DNA of 64,000 nt from Candidatus Bathyarchaeia archaeon (GCA_038883475.1 JAVZMA010000004.1:18690-82689), one strand, 5' to 3'. Positions 8,842-18,877 are shown, counted from the stretch's first letter. The notes: generated by a model from the sequence alone, not told the origin. Numbers and translations are program-made.

Positions 8842-10284
8842 ATGTCAGACGTAGGTGTGACTGTAAAGAAGACTGAAGACTTCTCGGAATGGTACACGCA
8901 AGTAGTGCTAAAATCGGGGCTAGCTGATTATGCGCCGGTGAAGGGTTGCATGATTTTCCGCGAGTTGTCTTATGCTATCTGGGAAAAAATCCAAGAAATA
9001 TTCAACGAAAAAATAAAGGCGACAGGACACAAAAACGTGTACTTCCCAATGTTTATACCTGAAAGCTTTCTGAAGAAAGAGGCTGAACACTTTGCAGGGT
9101 TCACGCCGGAAGTTGCATGGGTGACAACGGGCGGAGACACACCTTTAGAGGAAAAGTTGGCTCTGAGACCCACATCGGAGACGATAATGTACGCCACATT
9201 CGCCAAATGGATTAGAAGTTGGAGAGACTTGCCAATTAAAATCAACCAGTGGTGCAACATCATAAGATGGGACACCAAAGGAACGAGACTCTTCCTAAGA
9301 ACAAGAGAATTTCTATGGCAAGAAGGACACACGGCACACGCAACAAAGGAAGAAGCAGACCGCGAAGTGATGGAAATCCTAAACGCTTACAAAGACCTCA
9401 TGGAAAACTATTTGGCAATTCCAGTGCTTGCTGGAAAGAAGACGGAAAGCGAAAAATTTCCAGGAGCCCTCTACACAACCGCCCTTGAGGCAATAATGCC
9501 AGACGGAAAAGCCCTACAGATGGGAACATCGCATAATTTGGGACAAAACTTCGCGAAGGTTTTTGACATCAAGTTCATAGGGGAAGATGAAAAGGAACAT
9601 TACGTGTGGCAGACCTCTTGGGGCATATCCACGCGATTGATAGGTGCAATCGTCATGGTTCACGGCGACGACAAGGGACTAGTTTTGCCCCCGAAAATTG
9701 CGCCAATACATGTTGTAATAGTTCCCATACCCTACAAGAAAGCAGACTCAAACGCAATACTGGCTAAGGCAAAAGAACTTTTTGAAAAACTGCAGAAAAC
9801 AGGGATAGCTGCGGTTTTAGACGACAGAACCGAATATACGCCTGGATGGAAATTTAATGAGTGGGAACTTAAAGGCGTGCCGGTACGGGTTGAAATAGGT
9901 CCAAAGGACTTAAGGCAAAAGCAGGTGACTTTGGCTAGGCGGGATACATTCGAGAGAATTACCGTGAAAGAGGAGGAAGCAGTGAATGCAATAAAGAAAC
10001 TTCTGGAAGAGATCCAGAACAACCTCTACAGTAAAGCCAAGAAGTCCCTAGAAGAAAAAATCACGACAGTAAAGACTTACGAGGAATTTAAGGAAAAACT
10101 GAAGAGTAAAGGCGGCTTTCTCAAAGCTTCTTGGTGTTCCAGCCCTGTTTGCGAAGAAAAGATTAAGGAGGAAACCGGTGCAACCATTAGGATAGTGCCT
10201 TTTGAAAAGGAAAGGCCGTTCGCAAAGTGTATTTACTGCGGTGGCGAAGCAAAAGAAGTCGTTTATTTTGCTAGAGCATACTAA
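8842..10284 (+). CDS. proS: proline--tRNA ligase (archaeal/eukaryal type)
   Basis: 480 aa class II aaRS. FSEWYTQV...ADY.PVKGC N-terminus and the C-terminal Zn-binding domain ending in ARAY. Confidence 0.9.
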   Translation: MSDVGVTVKKTEDFSEWYTQVVLKSGLADYAPVKGCMIFRELSYAIWEKIQEIFNEKIKATGHKNVYFPMFIPESFLKKEAEHFAGFTPEVAWVTTGGDTPLEEKLALRPTSETIMYATFAKWIRSWRDLPIKINQWCNIIRWDTKGTRLFLRTREFLWQEGHTAHATKEEADREVMEILNAYKDLMENYLAIPVLAGKKTESEKFPGALYTTALEAIMPDGKALQMGTSHNLGQNFAKVFDIKFIGEDEKEHYVWQTSWGISTRLIGAIVMVHGDDKGLVLPPKIAPIHVVIVPIPYKKADSNAILAKAKELFEKLQKTGIAAVLDDRTEYTPGWKFNEWELKGVPVRVEIGPKDLRQKQVTLARRDTFERITVKEEEAVNAIKKLLEEIQNNLYSKAKKSLEEKITTVKTYEEFKEKLKSKGGFLKASWCSSPVCEEKIKEETGATIRIVPFEKERPFAKCIYCGGEAKEVVYFARAY

Positions 10285-10292
10285 CGCCTTAC

Positions 10293-12125
10293 TTACTCGT
10301 ACAGTTTCACGCGTTTTTTAAGCTGCTTAGCAACATCCTCCAATCCAAGCTTTTTCAGCGTGGATTTTGTCGGTATGCCTCTCTCATCCCAACCTCTCTT
10401 CTTGTAATATTTCTGCAGCATAACATCATATTTTGTCCTATCAAGTTTTGCGCCTTTCAAAGGTCCTTTTGTCAACGGTTCTTTGAACCATCTTGCTGGC
10501 GGAACATCCATTTCCTTGCTCCAGTTCTTGCCGTACTCACGTATCCAGAAGGCGCGAATCAAATTGAATGTTCTGTCCGCGATTAGGTTTAGGTTTTCCC
10601 AACTCATTTCCAACCCAGTTGCAGCGTGCAGAAACTTCGGGTACCATTCAAGTTCAAAGCCAACCTCAACCCATGGAAGCCTACACACTGTTAAAGACTC
10701 AAATAACCCGCCTCTTAAACGTTGCAACTCGATTACTTTGTCAACTTTTTCCTCGCCGTAGCTTTCGCGCCCAAACTTAACTTCCCATGAGATAACCCAA
10801 GCATCTTTATGATGCGCCCCAATCGAACTTGTCGCATAAGAAAGCGCCATGGCTGGCGTAGCATGACAGTCATAGGCAGATATTTCCAGCCCTTTCACAT
10901 GCATCGCCCAGGAACTTGAGTCCCCACCTATTTTCTCAGCTGCAAAGCGAACCCCTTCAGCCAACACATCACCCAAACCGCGCCTGAAGGTTATGTCCTC
11001 AATTAAAGCCTTAGTCTTCTTGAATGCGCCCCATGGAATTTTCTCCTTTATTAATCCCTTCTCAGAAGCCTCCATGGCGAATCCAATGACATTACCCAAA
11101 GATATCGTATCTAACCCGAACTCGTCAGCAACCCTGTTAAGCGCTGCAACTTGCGAGAGTTTTCCTAGCCCAATATTTGAACCCAGCATCGTAACATTTT
11201 CATAGTCAAGCTCAGACCCTTTCCTGTCAGAACCTTTAACAACGTTGCCGCAGGTCATGTTGCAGTTGGGGCAACCCCTATTTCCAATTTTTATCTTTTC
11301 CATGGCAAATCCACCTATATCATCAGCCTTTTCGAAAACTCCTTCTTTGTAATTGTAGGTTGGCAGAGCGCTGTTTTCTTGGCTCCACTCCAGAGTTGAC
11401 ATTGTTCCCTGCCTCTTCCAAAACTCATAGTTCGGTTTAGTCAAAATATCCCTGTAAGCTTCTGCGCCCAACTCCTTCATTTCCTTCGGATACGCAACTT
11501 GAATCTCGCCAGAGCCTACAAAAACTACAGCTTTCAAGTTCTTGGAACCCATGACCGCACCTATTCCAGGTCTTCCGCCTGCCCTGCCTTCTTGGCAGAC
11601 GATGTTGGCGAATTTTACGAGGTTTTCTCCTCCTTGCCCTATGCAGAGGATGCCAGCGCTTGTTCCGTAAAGCTCCCTCAACCTTTTTTCTGTTTCGAAG
11701 GAGTTTAAGCCCCAAAGGTCTTTTGCGTCTAGAAAATCTGCGGTTTCATCTTGGACGAGCAAAACTGTTGGTCTGTTAGCTTTTCCCTCAACAATCACAA
11801 CATCATAGCCTGCCTTCCGCATCTGAACCGCAGCATTAGTGCCAATGTTTCCGTCGCCGTAACTGCCAGTTAAGGGGCTTTTAGCCGCAACAACAAGTTT
11901 CCCGCTGCTCGGCAAAATGAGGCCAGTTAATGGGCCAGCAGCGAAAACAAGTTTGTTTTCAGGCGATAACGGGTCAACGCCCGGCTTAAGTTCGTCCCAG
12001 AGGATTTTGGCGGCGAAACCTCTTCCGCCTAAAAATTTTTTAGCCATCCCAACGTCGTATTCTTGCGCCACAGCCTTAAACTTTTCAACGTTCACGCGCA
12101 GTAGCTTTCCATTCCAGCCAAACAT
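10293..12125 (-). CDS. aldehyde:ferredoxin oxidoreductase family protein (second paralogue)
   Basis: 610 aa. MFGWNGKLLRVNV start and AOR-family layout. Converges on proS with only an 8-nt gap. Confidence 0.85.
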   Translation of the reverse strand: MFGWNGKLLRVNVEKFKAVAQEYDVGMAKKFLGGRGFAAKILWDELKPGVDPLSPENKLVFAAGPLTGLILPSSGKLVVAAKSPLTGSYGDGNIGTNAAVQMRKAGYDVVIVEGKANRPTVLLVQDETADFLDAKDLWGLNSFETEKRLRELYGTSAGILCIGQGGENLVKFANIVCQEGRAGGRPGIGAVMGSKNLKAVVFVGSGEIQVAYPKEMKELGAEAYRDILTKPNYEFWKRQGTMSTLEWSQENSALPTYNYKEGVFEKADDIGGFAMEKIKIGNRGCPNCNMTCGNVVKGSDRKGSELDYENVTMLGSNIGLGKLSQVAALNRVADEFGLDTISLGNVIGFAMEASEKGLIKEKIPWGAFKKTKALIEDITFRRGLGDVLAEGVRFAAEKIGGDSSSWAMHVKGLEISAYDCHATPAMALSYATSSIGAHHKDAWVISWEVKFGRESYGEEKVDKVIELQRLRGGLFESLTVCRLPWVEVGFELEWYPKFLHAATGLEMSWENLNLIADRTFNLIRAFWIREYGKNWSKEMDVPPARWFKEPLTKGPLKGAKLDRTKYDVMLQKYYKKRGWDERGIPTKSTLKKLGLEDVAKQLKKRVKLYE

Positions 12126-12188
12126 GATTTTACCTCTCGAAACTAACCTATATCATGCTGACAATTAATAAAAGTAATCTTTGCAGTT

Positions 12189-12995
12189 TCAGTTCATTCC
12201 AAAATTTTCCCTAATCTTTTGACATTTTTTGGTTGCTTTTTCAACAGCCCTCATTAAGGCTGGCCTAATTTGGCTTCCTTCAAGCTCGTATATCGCCTCG
12301 ATTGTTGTTCCTCCAGGCGTTGTCACCATGTCTTTTATTTTCGCTGCATGCTCGCGTGTTTTTAGGACGAGTTTGCCTGTGCCTAAAACCGTTTGGGCTG
12401 AACTGTACAGTGCCAGGTCTCTTGGCAAGCCGACCTTTAGACCGGCGTACATAAGTCCCTCTATTATTATTGACATGTATCCTGGTCCGCTTCCGCTTAG
12501 GGCGGTTATGGCGTCCATGTATTTCTCTTCAACTTCCTCGCATATTCCCATGACGTTAAAGATTTTTTTCACCTTCTCTTTGTCTTCTGGCTTCACATCT
12601 TCGTCGCAAGCGTACGCTGTGAAAGATTCTTGAACGAGAATAGCCACATTGGGCATGGTTCTAACGAAACGTGCTTCTGGAACTATTTTTTTGTAAAATT
12701 TCAATGGAACGGTTGCAGCGGTGGAAATTACAAGCTTCCCTTTTATTTCTTCGCTTATCTCTTTTAGAACATTTGCCACATCCATGGGCTTAACACAGAT
12801 AAAAATGATGTCAGCTTCTCTTGCCGCCTTTTTATTGTCACTAGTTACGGAAGCCCCTAAACTTTCAAGTTCCTTAAGTTTCTCCGTTGTTCTTCTAGTG
12901 GCTGTGATTTTGCCCTTGTAACCGCTTTTCAGAAGACTCTTAACGATGGCGCCGCCGATAACACCAGCGCCTATAACGGCAATGTTGTCGTCCAT
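12189..12995 (-). CDS. proC: pyrroline-5-carboxylate reductase
   Basis: 268 aa. IAVIGAGVIGGAI Rossmann motif and the C-terminal block SPGGTT.EA...LE typical of ProC. Confidence 0.85.
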   Translation of the reverse strand: MDDNIAVIGAGVIGGAIVKSLLKSGYKGKITATRRTTEKLKELESLGASVTSDNKKAAREADIIFICVKPMDVANVLKEISEEIKGKLVISTAATVPLKFYKKIVPEARFVRTMPNVAILVQESFTAYACDEDVKPEDKEKVKKIFNVMGICEEVEEKYMDAITALSGSGPGYMSIIIEGLMYAGLKVGLPRDLALYSSAQTVLGTGKLVLKTREHAAKIKDMVTTPGGTTIEAIYELEGSQIRPALMRAVEKATKKCQKIRENFGMN

Positions 12996-13101
12996 TTCAC
13001 CACCATTTTAGTCAACAATTTATTCAACCCTAACGTTTAAGTTTTTGCTAGTGAAAACTTAGACGCTAAAATGATTTTTAAACCAGTAGAATTGAAAAAG
13101 G

Positions 13102-14400
13102 TTAAATTAGGAGCTTCTCTGGTTGAACGCGTCTATTTTTTAAGCCCAAATCGCTTATTCTAAACTTTCTATTTCCAAAGAGAGACGCATCTTCTTCGCC
13201 AGCGTAAAGGGCAGCTGCAATTCTCCCTAACGCGTCTGCCTTCATGATTCCGCTTCCGCTTGCACCTCCAACAACTATTAAGTCTCTCTCTTCGAAAGCT
13301 ATGGGTTGACCATCTAAAGTGTTAATTTCATATAAACCAGCAAAAGCTGAGGATGGATGGCAATCCCTAAACTGTGGAAAATATTTAACGAGAACTTGAT
13401 ATATCCCAAACTGGTAGAAGTTCTTTTCAGGTTGCGGCTCATCCTCAAGCTTGAAAGCTCTTGGAAAATCGTCAGCGTAAGTAAGCCAGAAAACCCCTTC
13501 GCTAGGGAATGGTCTAATTATTACTCTAGGCTTTGGTAAAATCGTGAAGGGCAAACAGTTGTAAGGGTTGAAACCTTCAACAGAAAGCAACCGCTTCAAA
13601 GATGGCTTTTTAGCTTCAACAACAAAAATTTGCCTTTTCTTAGGCTTTATGTAACATTCTATTCCAACATCATCCAAAAGTTGCGGAATCCAAGCCCCAG
13701 CCGCCAAAATGGTTTTCTTCGCTTTAATCACTCCCCTATTTGTTTTCACTCCTGAAAAACGTGAATCCTGCCAAAAATATGGTTCTCCTGGAACACCCAA
13801 GGGCTCGCGGGGCTCGATAACGAGTTTTTCAGCCTTCACACCGCATTGTATTTCACCGCCGAGTCTCAAAAACTCAGATTCATAAAATTTGACGATGCAA
13901 TCGGCGTCAATAATCCCTGCGTTTGGAACGAATATTCCTTTATGAACGTTTCCTAAACCCATTAATTTAGCTTCTTCATCTCCCGCTAAATCAGTTTGAA
14001 CATCAAGTTTGCGAGCCAACTCTGCTTCCTCATATTCTTGATACTGGAAATCCTCCTTCCCCAAAGTTTTCAAGATAGGAAGCATTTCATCATAGCTTTC
14101 CTCGTCCAAAAGCCAAAGATATCCTATTTGCTGAAGCTTCAAGTCAACGCCTAAATTTTCCTGCAAATGCTTGTAAAAATCTATGGAGGACTTTGACAGC
14201 ATATAATTTGTGTAGGAAGAAAAGAAGCACCTGAAGGCGGATGCGCTTTTCGCTGTGCTCCCCTGCCCAACAGCATTATACTTATCAACAACCAAAATTT
14301 TCGCGTTCGGATGCTCATTTTTTATGTGGTAGGCTGTTGACAAACCAATAATTCCAGCTCCAACTACGACAGCGTCGTATTCCACCACAGATTCCTCCAA
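13102..14400 (-). CDS. FAD-dependent oxidoreductase (DAO/sarcosine-oxidase-beta/proline-dehydrogenase-like)
   Basis: 432 aa. YDAVVVGAGIIGLSTAY dinucleotide-binding motif. The substrate cannot be determined from sequence. Confidence 0.7.
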   Translation of the reverse strand: MEESVVEYDAVVVGAGIIGLSTAYHIKNEHPNAKILVVDKYNAVGQGSTAKSASAFRCFFSSYTNYMLSKSSIDFYKHLQENLGVDLKLQQIGYLWLLDEESYDEMLPILKTLGKEDFQYQEYEEAELARKLDVQTDLAGDEEAKLMGLGNVHKGIFVPNAGIIDADCIVKFYESEFLRLGGEIQCGVKAEKLVIEPREPLGVPGEPYFWQDSRFSGVKTNRGVIKAKKTILAAGAWIPQLLDDVGIECYIKPKKRQIFVVEAKKPSLKRLLSVEGFNPYNCLPFTILPKPRVIIRPFPSEGVFWLTYADDFPRAFKLEDEPQPEKNFYQFGIYQVLVKYFPQFRDCHPSSAFAGLYEINTLDGQPIAFEERDLIVVGGASGSGIMKADALGRIAAALYAGEEDASLFGNRKFRISDLGLKNRRVQPEKLLI

Positions 14401-14548
14401 GCCCTACGGAATACTAAATGGCACAGTAAACCACATTATATAGGTTTACTCTTAATAAGACAGCATGCAATGTCCTGCTGAAGAGAACGCTTATTTATTT
14501 AAAAGGATATGAGATACAGCAAAAACCTTTAAAGGAGAACACGCCCGT

Positions 14549-16207
14549 ATGGTGAACCGCCACATTAAGGGAATTTCAACTCTCGCATTAATAATATTAT
14601 TGTTGTGCGCTGTCATTTTTGGAGCCCTCTTATCCTATTTGTGGGTTATGGCAAACTACTATCTAGAGCCCGAAAATGCTATAGATTTAGTCATTACAGA
14701 AATCAACTTTCCAGTTGACCATGCAGATTACTTCAATTTAACAGTCATGAACCCATCGCATTCAATATCAGCAGCGAACATAACTAGGATATTTTTTTCA
14801 CTTGAAAATGACACAACAATGTATGATGTTCAAGAAACTTTTCCATCGCTTCCTATAACAATTGAAAGAGGGTCCGTCAAAACAATAGTTTGCTACAGAA
14901 ACTGGGGAAATTTCGCTGGAGAGATCATTACGGTTCATGTTTTATCGGATAGCATGTCTGGCGCAAGCAATTCATTTAAAACAAAGTTTGTCAAGCTAGA
15001 GGCAGAAGCCTACTTCAATGCGACGGAAAGCTGCAGGTATTTTAATATAACAATTAGAAACCACGCTCTCTCAGCGATAAATCTTACAATCGAAAAAATT
15101 TACTTTAATTTTCTTTGGGAGATTCCCAAAGAAAATATTACAGCCGAATTGCCTATGTCCCTTGAAAATGGAACATCTGTCAATATTAGATGCTTCTATA
15201 ATTGGGAAGGGCAGAAAAATCCTGCTGTGCGCGTTGAAACCCAAGAGGGTTACTTTGTTAACGCTCTGTCAAATGCTTCTGCAGCGGTTTTATTGACGAT
15301 TTTGGATGTGGAATTTAGCGATTTGGATGCGACAAAGTTTAACTTAATCATCTCAAATTCGCCGGAGTCAACCACGCCTGTGAAGATGACTGATATTGAA
15401 TTATTTTATGGCTCCGTCACATATCACATGAATGGAACTTTAACTGAACCACAATTGCCTTATTGGATATATCCCAACTCAACAATTACTTTCAATTGCG
15501 TATGGGATTGGTCGGGTCATCGGAGTCAAAATGTCACAATAAAGGCATGTACAGAACAAGGTTTCGTTTCAAATTCAATAACTGTTGAGACACCCCCGTC
15601 CATTGTTTATAAAATAATTAACTACGACTTTAAATTAACCGAAACAAACAATTTTAACGTGACCATCAAGAACATGCCAATTTCTACACAGAACATCACA
15701 GTCACGGAAATAAAGCTGCAAGAAATACAGTTGCTTTTTAACGAAACAATAAATGTTGGCGAAGAAAAACAATTTAATTGTGAGTGGAATTGGAGTGCCC
15801 TTAGAGGCCAAAACGTCAACCTCACTGTGGTTACCCGAGAAGGAGTGAACATCACAGAGAGTTTAATGCTTCCATCAGTTCAGCTTGAAATCGTTGATGT
15901 TGCCTTTGGAAATTCTGATGCTGGCACACCGTACATCAATATCACAGTTTCAAACACAGAGGTCTCCGTTCGAGCACTGAATATCACACAGATAACCATC
16001 AGGGTAAATAATGCAATATACAGAATAGATGGAACTTTAACGAACCCCACAATAAGCCCGCATGGATGTCGGTTAGCGGTCAACTCCACGATCACAATTG
16101 TGTGTCCATGGAACTGGACACTTTACCCTGGTCAAGACATAACAGTAACTGTGCAAACAGCAGAAGATTACAGTATATCACAAACATTTCAAATTCCTAC
16201 GCCATAA
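14549..16207 (+). CDS. secreted/surface glycoprotein candidate with class III (pilin-like) signal peptide and five tandem ~95-aa repeats
   Basis: N-terminus MVNRHIKG-ISTLALIILLLCAVIFGALLSYLW. Five repeats end in C-x-[WYF]-[ND]-W blocks. About 20 N-x-S/T sequons by manual count. Confidence 0.7.
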   Translation: MVNRHIKGISTLALIILLLCAVIFGALLSYLWVMANYYLEPENAIDLVITEINFPVDHADYFNLTVMNPSHSISAANITRIFFSLENDTTMYDVQETFPSLPITIERGSVKTIVCYRNWGNFAGEIITVHVLSDSMSGASNSFKTKFVKLEAEAYFNATESCRYFNITIRNHALSAINLTIEKIYFNFLWEIPKENITAELPMSLENGTSVNIRCFYNWEGQKNPAVRVETQEGYFVNALSNASAAVLLTILDVEFSDLDATKFNLIISNSPESTTPVKMTDIELFYGSVTYHMNGTLTEPQLPYWIYPNSTITFNCVWDWSGHRSQNVTIKACTEQGFVSNSITVETPPSIVYKIINYDFKLTETNNFNVTIKNMPISTQNITVTEIKLQEIQLLFNETINVGEEKQFNCEWNWSALRGQNVNLTVVTREGVNITESLMLPSVQLEIVDVAFGNSDAGTPYINITVSNTEVSVRALNITQITIRVNNAIYRIDGTLTNPTISPHGCRLAVNSTITIVCPWNWTLYPGQDITVTVQTAEDYSISQTFQIPTP

Positions 16208-16262
16208 ATTTTACCTTTGGTGTGTAAGTATTACTTTCGCAATGTTAAGAAGAACTAATTGA

Positions 16263-16782
16263 GGTGGAAGTCGCTTAAAAGTCTGCGCAGTTAAATATAT
16301 CATTCCTCCCGAAGGGGAAATAATTATTGATTGCACATTCCCGTGGCGGATGGATAAATAAAACAGTAAATGCTACTGTTGTAACTGAAGAAGGGCAGAG
16401 TCTTTCAAGGAATGTGGAGATATCCGCTGTGGAATTGAAATTGTTGGGAGACAATTTAGTCTTTGGCGACTTAAGAGACCAGTACCCCAACATTACGATT
16501 TCAATCCCCTACATTAACATAACAATCTCAAACTCAATAAATTCAATTCAAAATGTGACAATCAGCAAAATAATTCTCGAAACTGGAAACAAAACTTATG
16601 AAATTGATGGTGCACTGACCTATCCTGCAATAGCTCCAAGCGGATACGTTCTCAATGCTGGTGAAAACGTCACGATAATGTGCCTTTGGAACTGGGACTT
16701 GTATTTAGGTTTGGAACCAATAAAAGTCACGGTTTACACCGCTGAAGGCTTCCAAGTGTCAAAGACTTTTTGGCATCCCTAA
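16263..16782 (+). pseudogene. 5'-truncated, frameshifted paralogue fragment of the upstream repeat protein
   Basis: Frame 0 (16263-16358) encodes ...YIIPPEGEIIIDCTFPWRMDK*. Frame +1 (16327-16782) continues ..GWINKTVNATVVTEEG and one full repeat ending CLWNWDL...VTVYTAEG. It has no signal peptide or start context. Confidence 0.5.
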
Positions 16783-16905
16783 ATTGAAGAGTCATACGTC
16801 AACGCTGCAAAACGTGATTTCATTAATTTTATTCATGAAATCCGCGTCTCTGCCACCCAAAAATATTTGAATAGAAAAATAACCTTTGCAGTTTGAGGGA
16901 AAAAT

Positions 16906-17901
16906 TTGGAGACTTTAGTATTAACTGATGAGGAAGTTAACGGGCTTCTTTCGATGCCCGAGGTCATGGAGGCTGTTGAAAAAGCCTTTAAAGAGAAGGG
17001 ACTTAAACGAGTTCAAATGCCGGCGAAGATTTACCTTTTCTATAAAAAATATAACGGTGATTTAAGGGCGATGCCATCCTACCTTGAAGAACTGGATGTA
17101 TCCGCAGTCAAAATAGTGAACGCCCACCCAGACAACCGAGCGAAACATGGTCTTCCAACAGTAATGGCTGTAATAGTTTTAGTGGATCCGAAAAACGGTT
17201 TTCCCTTGGCGGTGATGGGTGGAAAAACCATAACGGATATGAGAACAGGGGCTGCGGGAGGAATAGCTGCAAAATATTTGGCGAGGAAAGACTCGAAAGT
17301 TGTAGCTTTTGTTGGAGCCGGAGCTCAAGCGAGAACTCAGCTTATGGCTCTCTTAGAGGTTTACGGAAAACTGAAGGAGGTTAGGGTTTGGAGTCGAAGT
17401 GAAGAGACTAGGCAAGCTTTTATGGATGAAATGGAAGAGGCGTATGGGCGCTTGTTCAAATTTGTCCCGGCTGAAACCATAAAAGATGCTGTTGAAGAGG
17501 CAGATATAGTTGTCACCACGACTCCTTCAAGAAAACCTCTAGTCATGAATAACATGGTCTCCCCCGGAACACACTTCAACTGCATTGGAGCCGATGCACC
17601 TGGAAAAGAGGAGTTGGACCCTGCCATTCTTAAAAGATCAAGAATAGTTGTGGATGATTGGGAACAAGCTGCACATAGTGGGGAAATAAATGTTCCATTA
17701 AGCCAAGGAATAATAACGGAGAAAAACGTGTATGCTGAATTAGGCGAGGTTGTCGCAGGTTTAAAACGCCCCAGAGAGAAAAAAGATGAGATAACAATTT
17801 TTGTTTCAACAGGCTTGGCTATTCAAGATGCCGTTACCGCGAAAATTGCCTATGACAAAGCAGTTAAAAAGGGAACGGGAAGATTCCTCAAAATCGTGTA
17901 A
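16906..17901 (+). CDS. ornithine cyclodeaminase/mu-crystallin family protein (archaeal alanine dehydrogenase-like)
   Basis: 331 aa. MP..YL....AVKIVNAHP.N...GLPTV.A...L.D..NG.P...M.G..IT..RTGAA and Rossmann motif VGAGAQA. Confidence 0.8.
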   Translation: METLVLTDEEVNGLLSMPEVMEAVEKAFKEKGLKRVQMPAKIYLFYKKYNGDLRAMPSYLEELDVSAVKIVNAHPDNRAKHGLPTVMAVIVLVDPKNGFPLAVMGGKTITDMRTGAAGGIAAKYLARKDSKVVAFVGAGAQARTQLMALLEVYGKLKEVRVWSRSEETRQAFMDEMEEAYGRLFKFVPAETIKDAVEEADIVVTTTPSRKPLVMNNMVSPGTHFNCIGADAPGKEELDPAILKRSRIVVDDWEQAAHSGEINVPLSQGIITEKNVYAELGEVVAGLKRPREKKDEITIFVSTGLAIQDAVTAKIAYDKAVKKGTGRFLKIV

Positions 17902-17902
17902 G

Positions 17903-18796
17903 CTACTGGTAGATGGGCGTCCCCTCATTTGGGTCGCCGAGAAGCTTTAAAAACTCGCTAATCAAATGACGCGTGACAGGTCCGAGTTTGCCTTCACCTA
18001 TCACCCGCCTATTAACCTCCACTATGGGAGCGATTTCAGCAGCTGTGCCTGTGAAGAAGGCTTCTTCCGCTGTGAAGAGGTCTGTTGGAGTGATGTTGCG
18101 TTCAATTACGGTGTATCCGAGTTTTTCAGCCAGTTTTATGACGACTTCTCTTGTTATTCCCACAAGGATTCCAGCTGATGAGGGTGGAGTTATGATTTTT
18201 CTGTTTTTGACTATGAAGAGGTTTTCGCCTACTCCTTCGCTTACGTAGCCGTTTTTGTCTAGGCATATGGCTTCGTCGAAGCCTGTAATGTTTGCTTCAA
18301 TTTTTCCCAGTATACTGTTTAGGTAGTTTAGGGATTTAACTTCGTGGGATGTCGCGTCCACGGGGTCTCTTCTAACCCAGACAATCATAACTTTTAATCC
18401 TTTCTCTCTGGCTTCGCTAGAATACAGTTTTATGATGTCAGTTATGATTATCACAGTTGGTTTCAAACATTTTCTCGGGTCAAGCCCTAAGTCGCCGACG
18501 CCTCGCGTTACTATTAGGCGTATGTATGCGTCTTGTAAACGGTTTTTCCGCAAAGTTTCTAAAACAGCGTTTATCATTTCTTCTTTTGTTAGCGGAATGT
18601 CTAGCATGATCACTTTGGCTGAGTTGTAAAGTCTGTCTATATGTTCTTTCAGTTTGAACACTACGCCTTTGTAGGCGCGGATTCCCTCAAAAACGCCGTC
18701 TCCGTAAAGAAGCCCATGGTCATAGACTGAGATTTTCGCTTGGGATTTTGGATAGTATTTCCCGTCTATATAAACGAGAAGTTCTTTCTCCAACAA
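17903..18796 (-). CDS. ilvE: branched-chain-amino-acid aminotransferase (PLP fold type IV)
   Basis: 297 aa. [32 protein letters not shown] and GITR motifs. Confidence 0.8.
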   Translation of the reverse strand: MLEKELLVYIDGKYYPKSQAKISVYDHGLLYGDGVFEGIRAYKGVVFKLKEHIDRLYNSAKVIMLDIPLTKEEMINAVLETLRKNRLQDAYIRLIVTRGVGDLGLDPRKCLKPTVIIITDIIKLYSSEAREKGLKVMIVWVRRDPVDATSHEVKSLNYLNSILGKIEANITGFDEAICLDKNGYVSEGVGENLFIVKNRKIITPPSSAGILVGITREVVIKLAEKLGYTVIERNITPTDLFTAEEAFFTGTAAEIAPIVEVNRRVIGEGKLGPVTRHLISEFLKLLGDPNEGTPIYQ

Positions 18797-18877
18797 GCAT
18801 CCTCCGTTTAAGATGTTAGTTTATCCATTTAAGGTTTGATATATCTTTTGCAAAAACTTGGCGGGTTTCAGCCATTG

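Noticed and set aside
13039-13060. Small inverted repeat AAGTTTT-n8-AAAACTT between the FAD oxidoreductase and proC. A similar 8-bp dyad GATTTCAT/ATGAAATC lies around 16824-16850.
   Set aside because: These are short A/T-rich dyads that are expected by chance in A/T-rich spacers. At most they are terminator-associated, and they are not distinctive enough to call.
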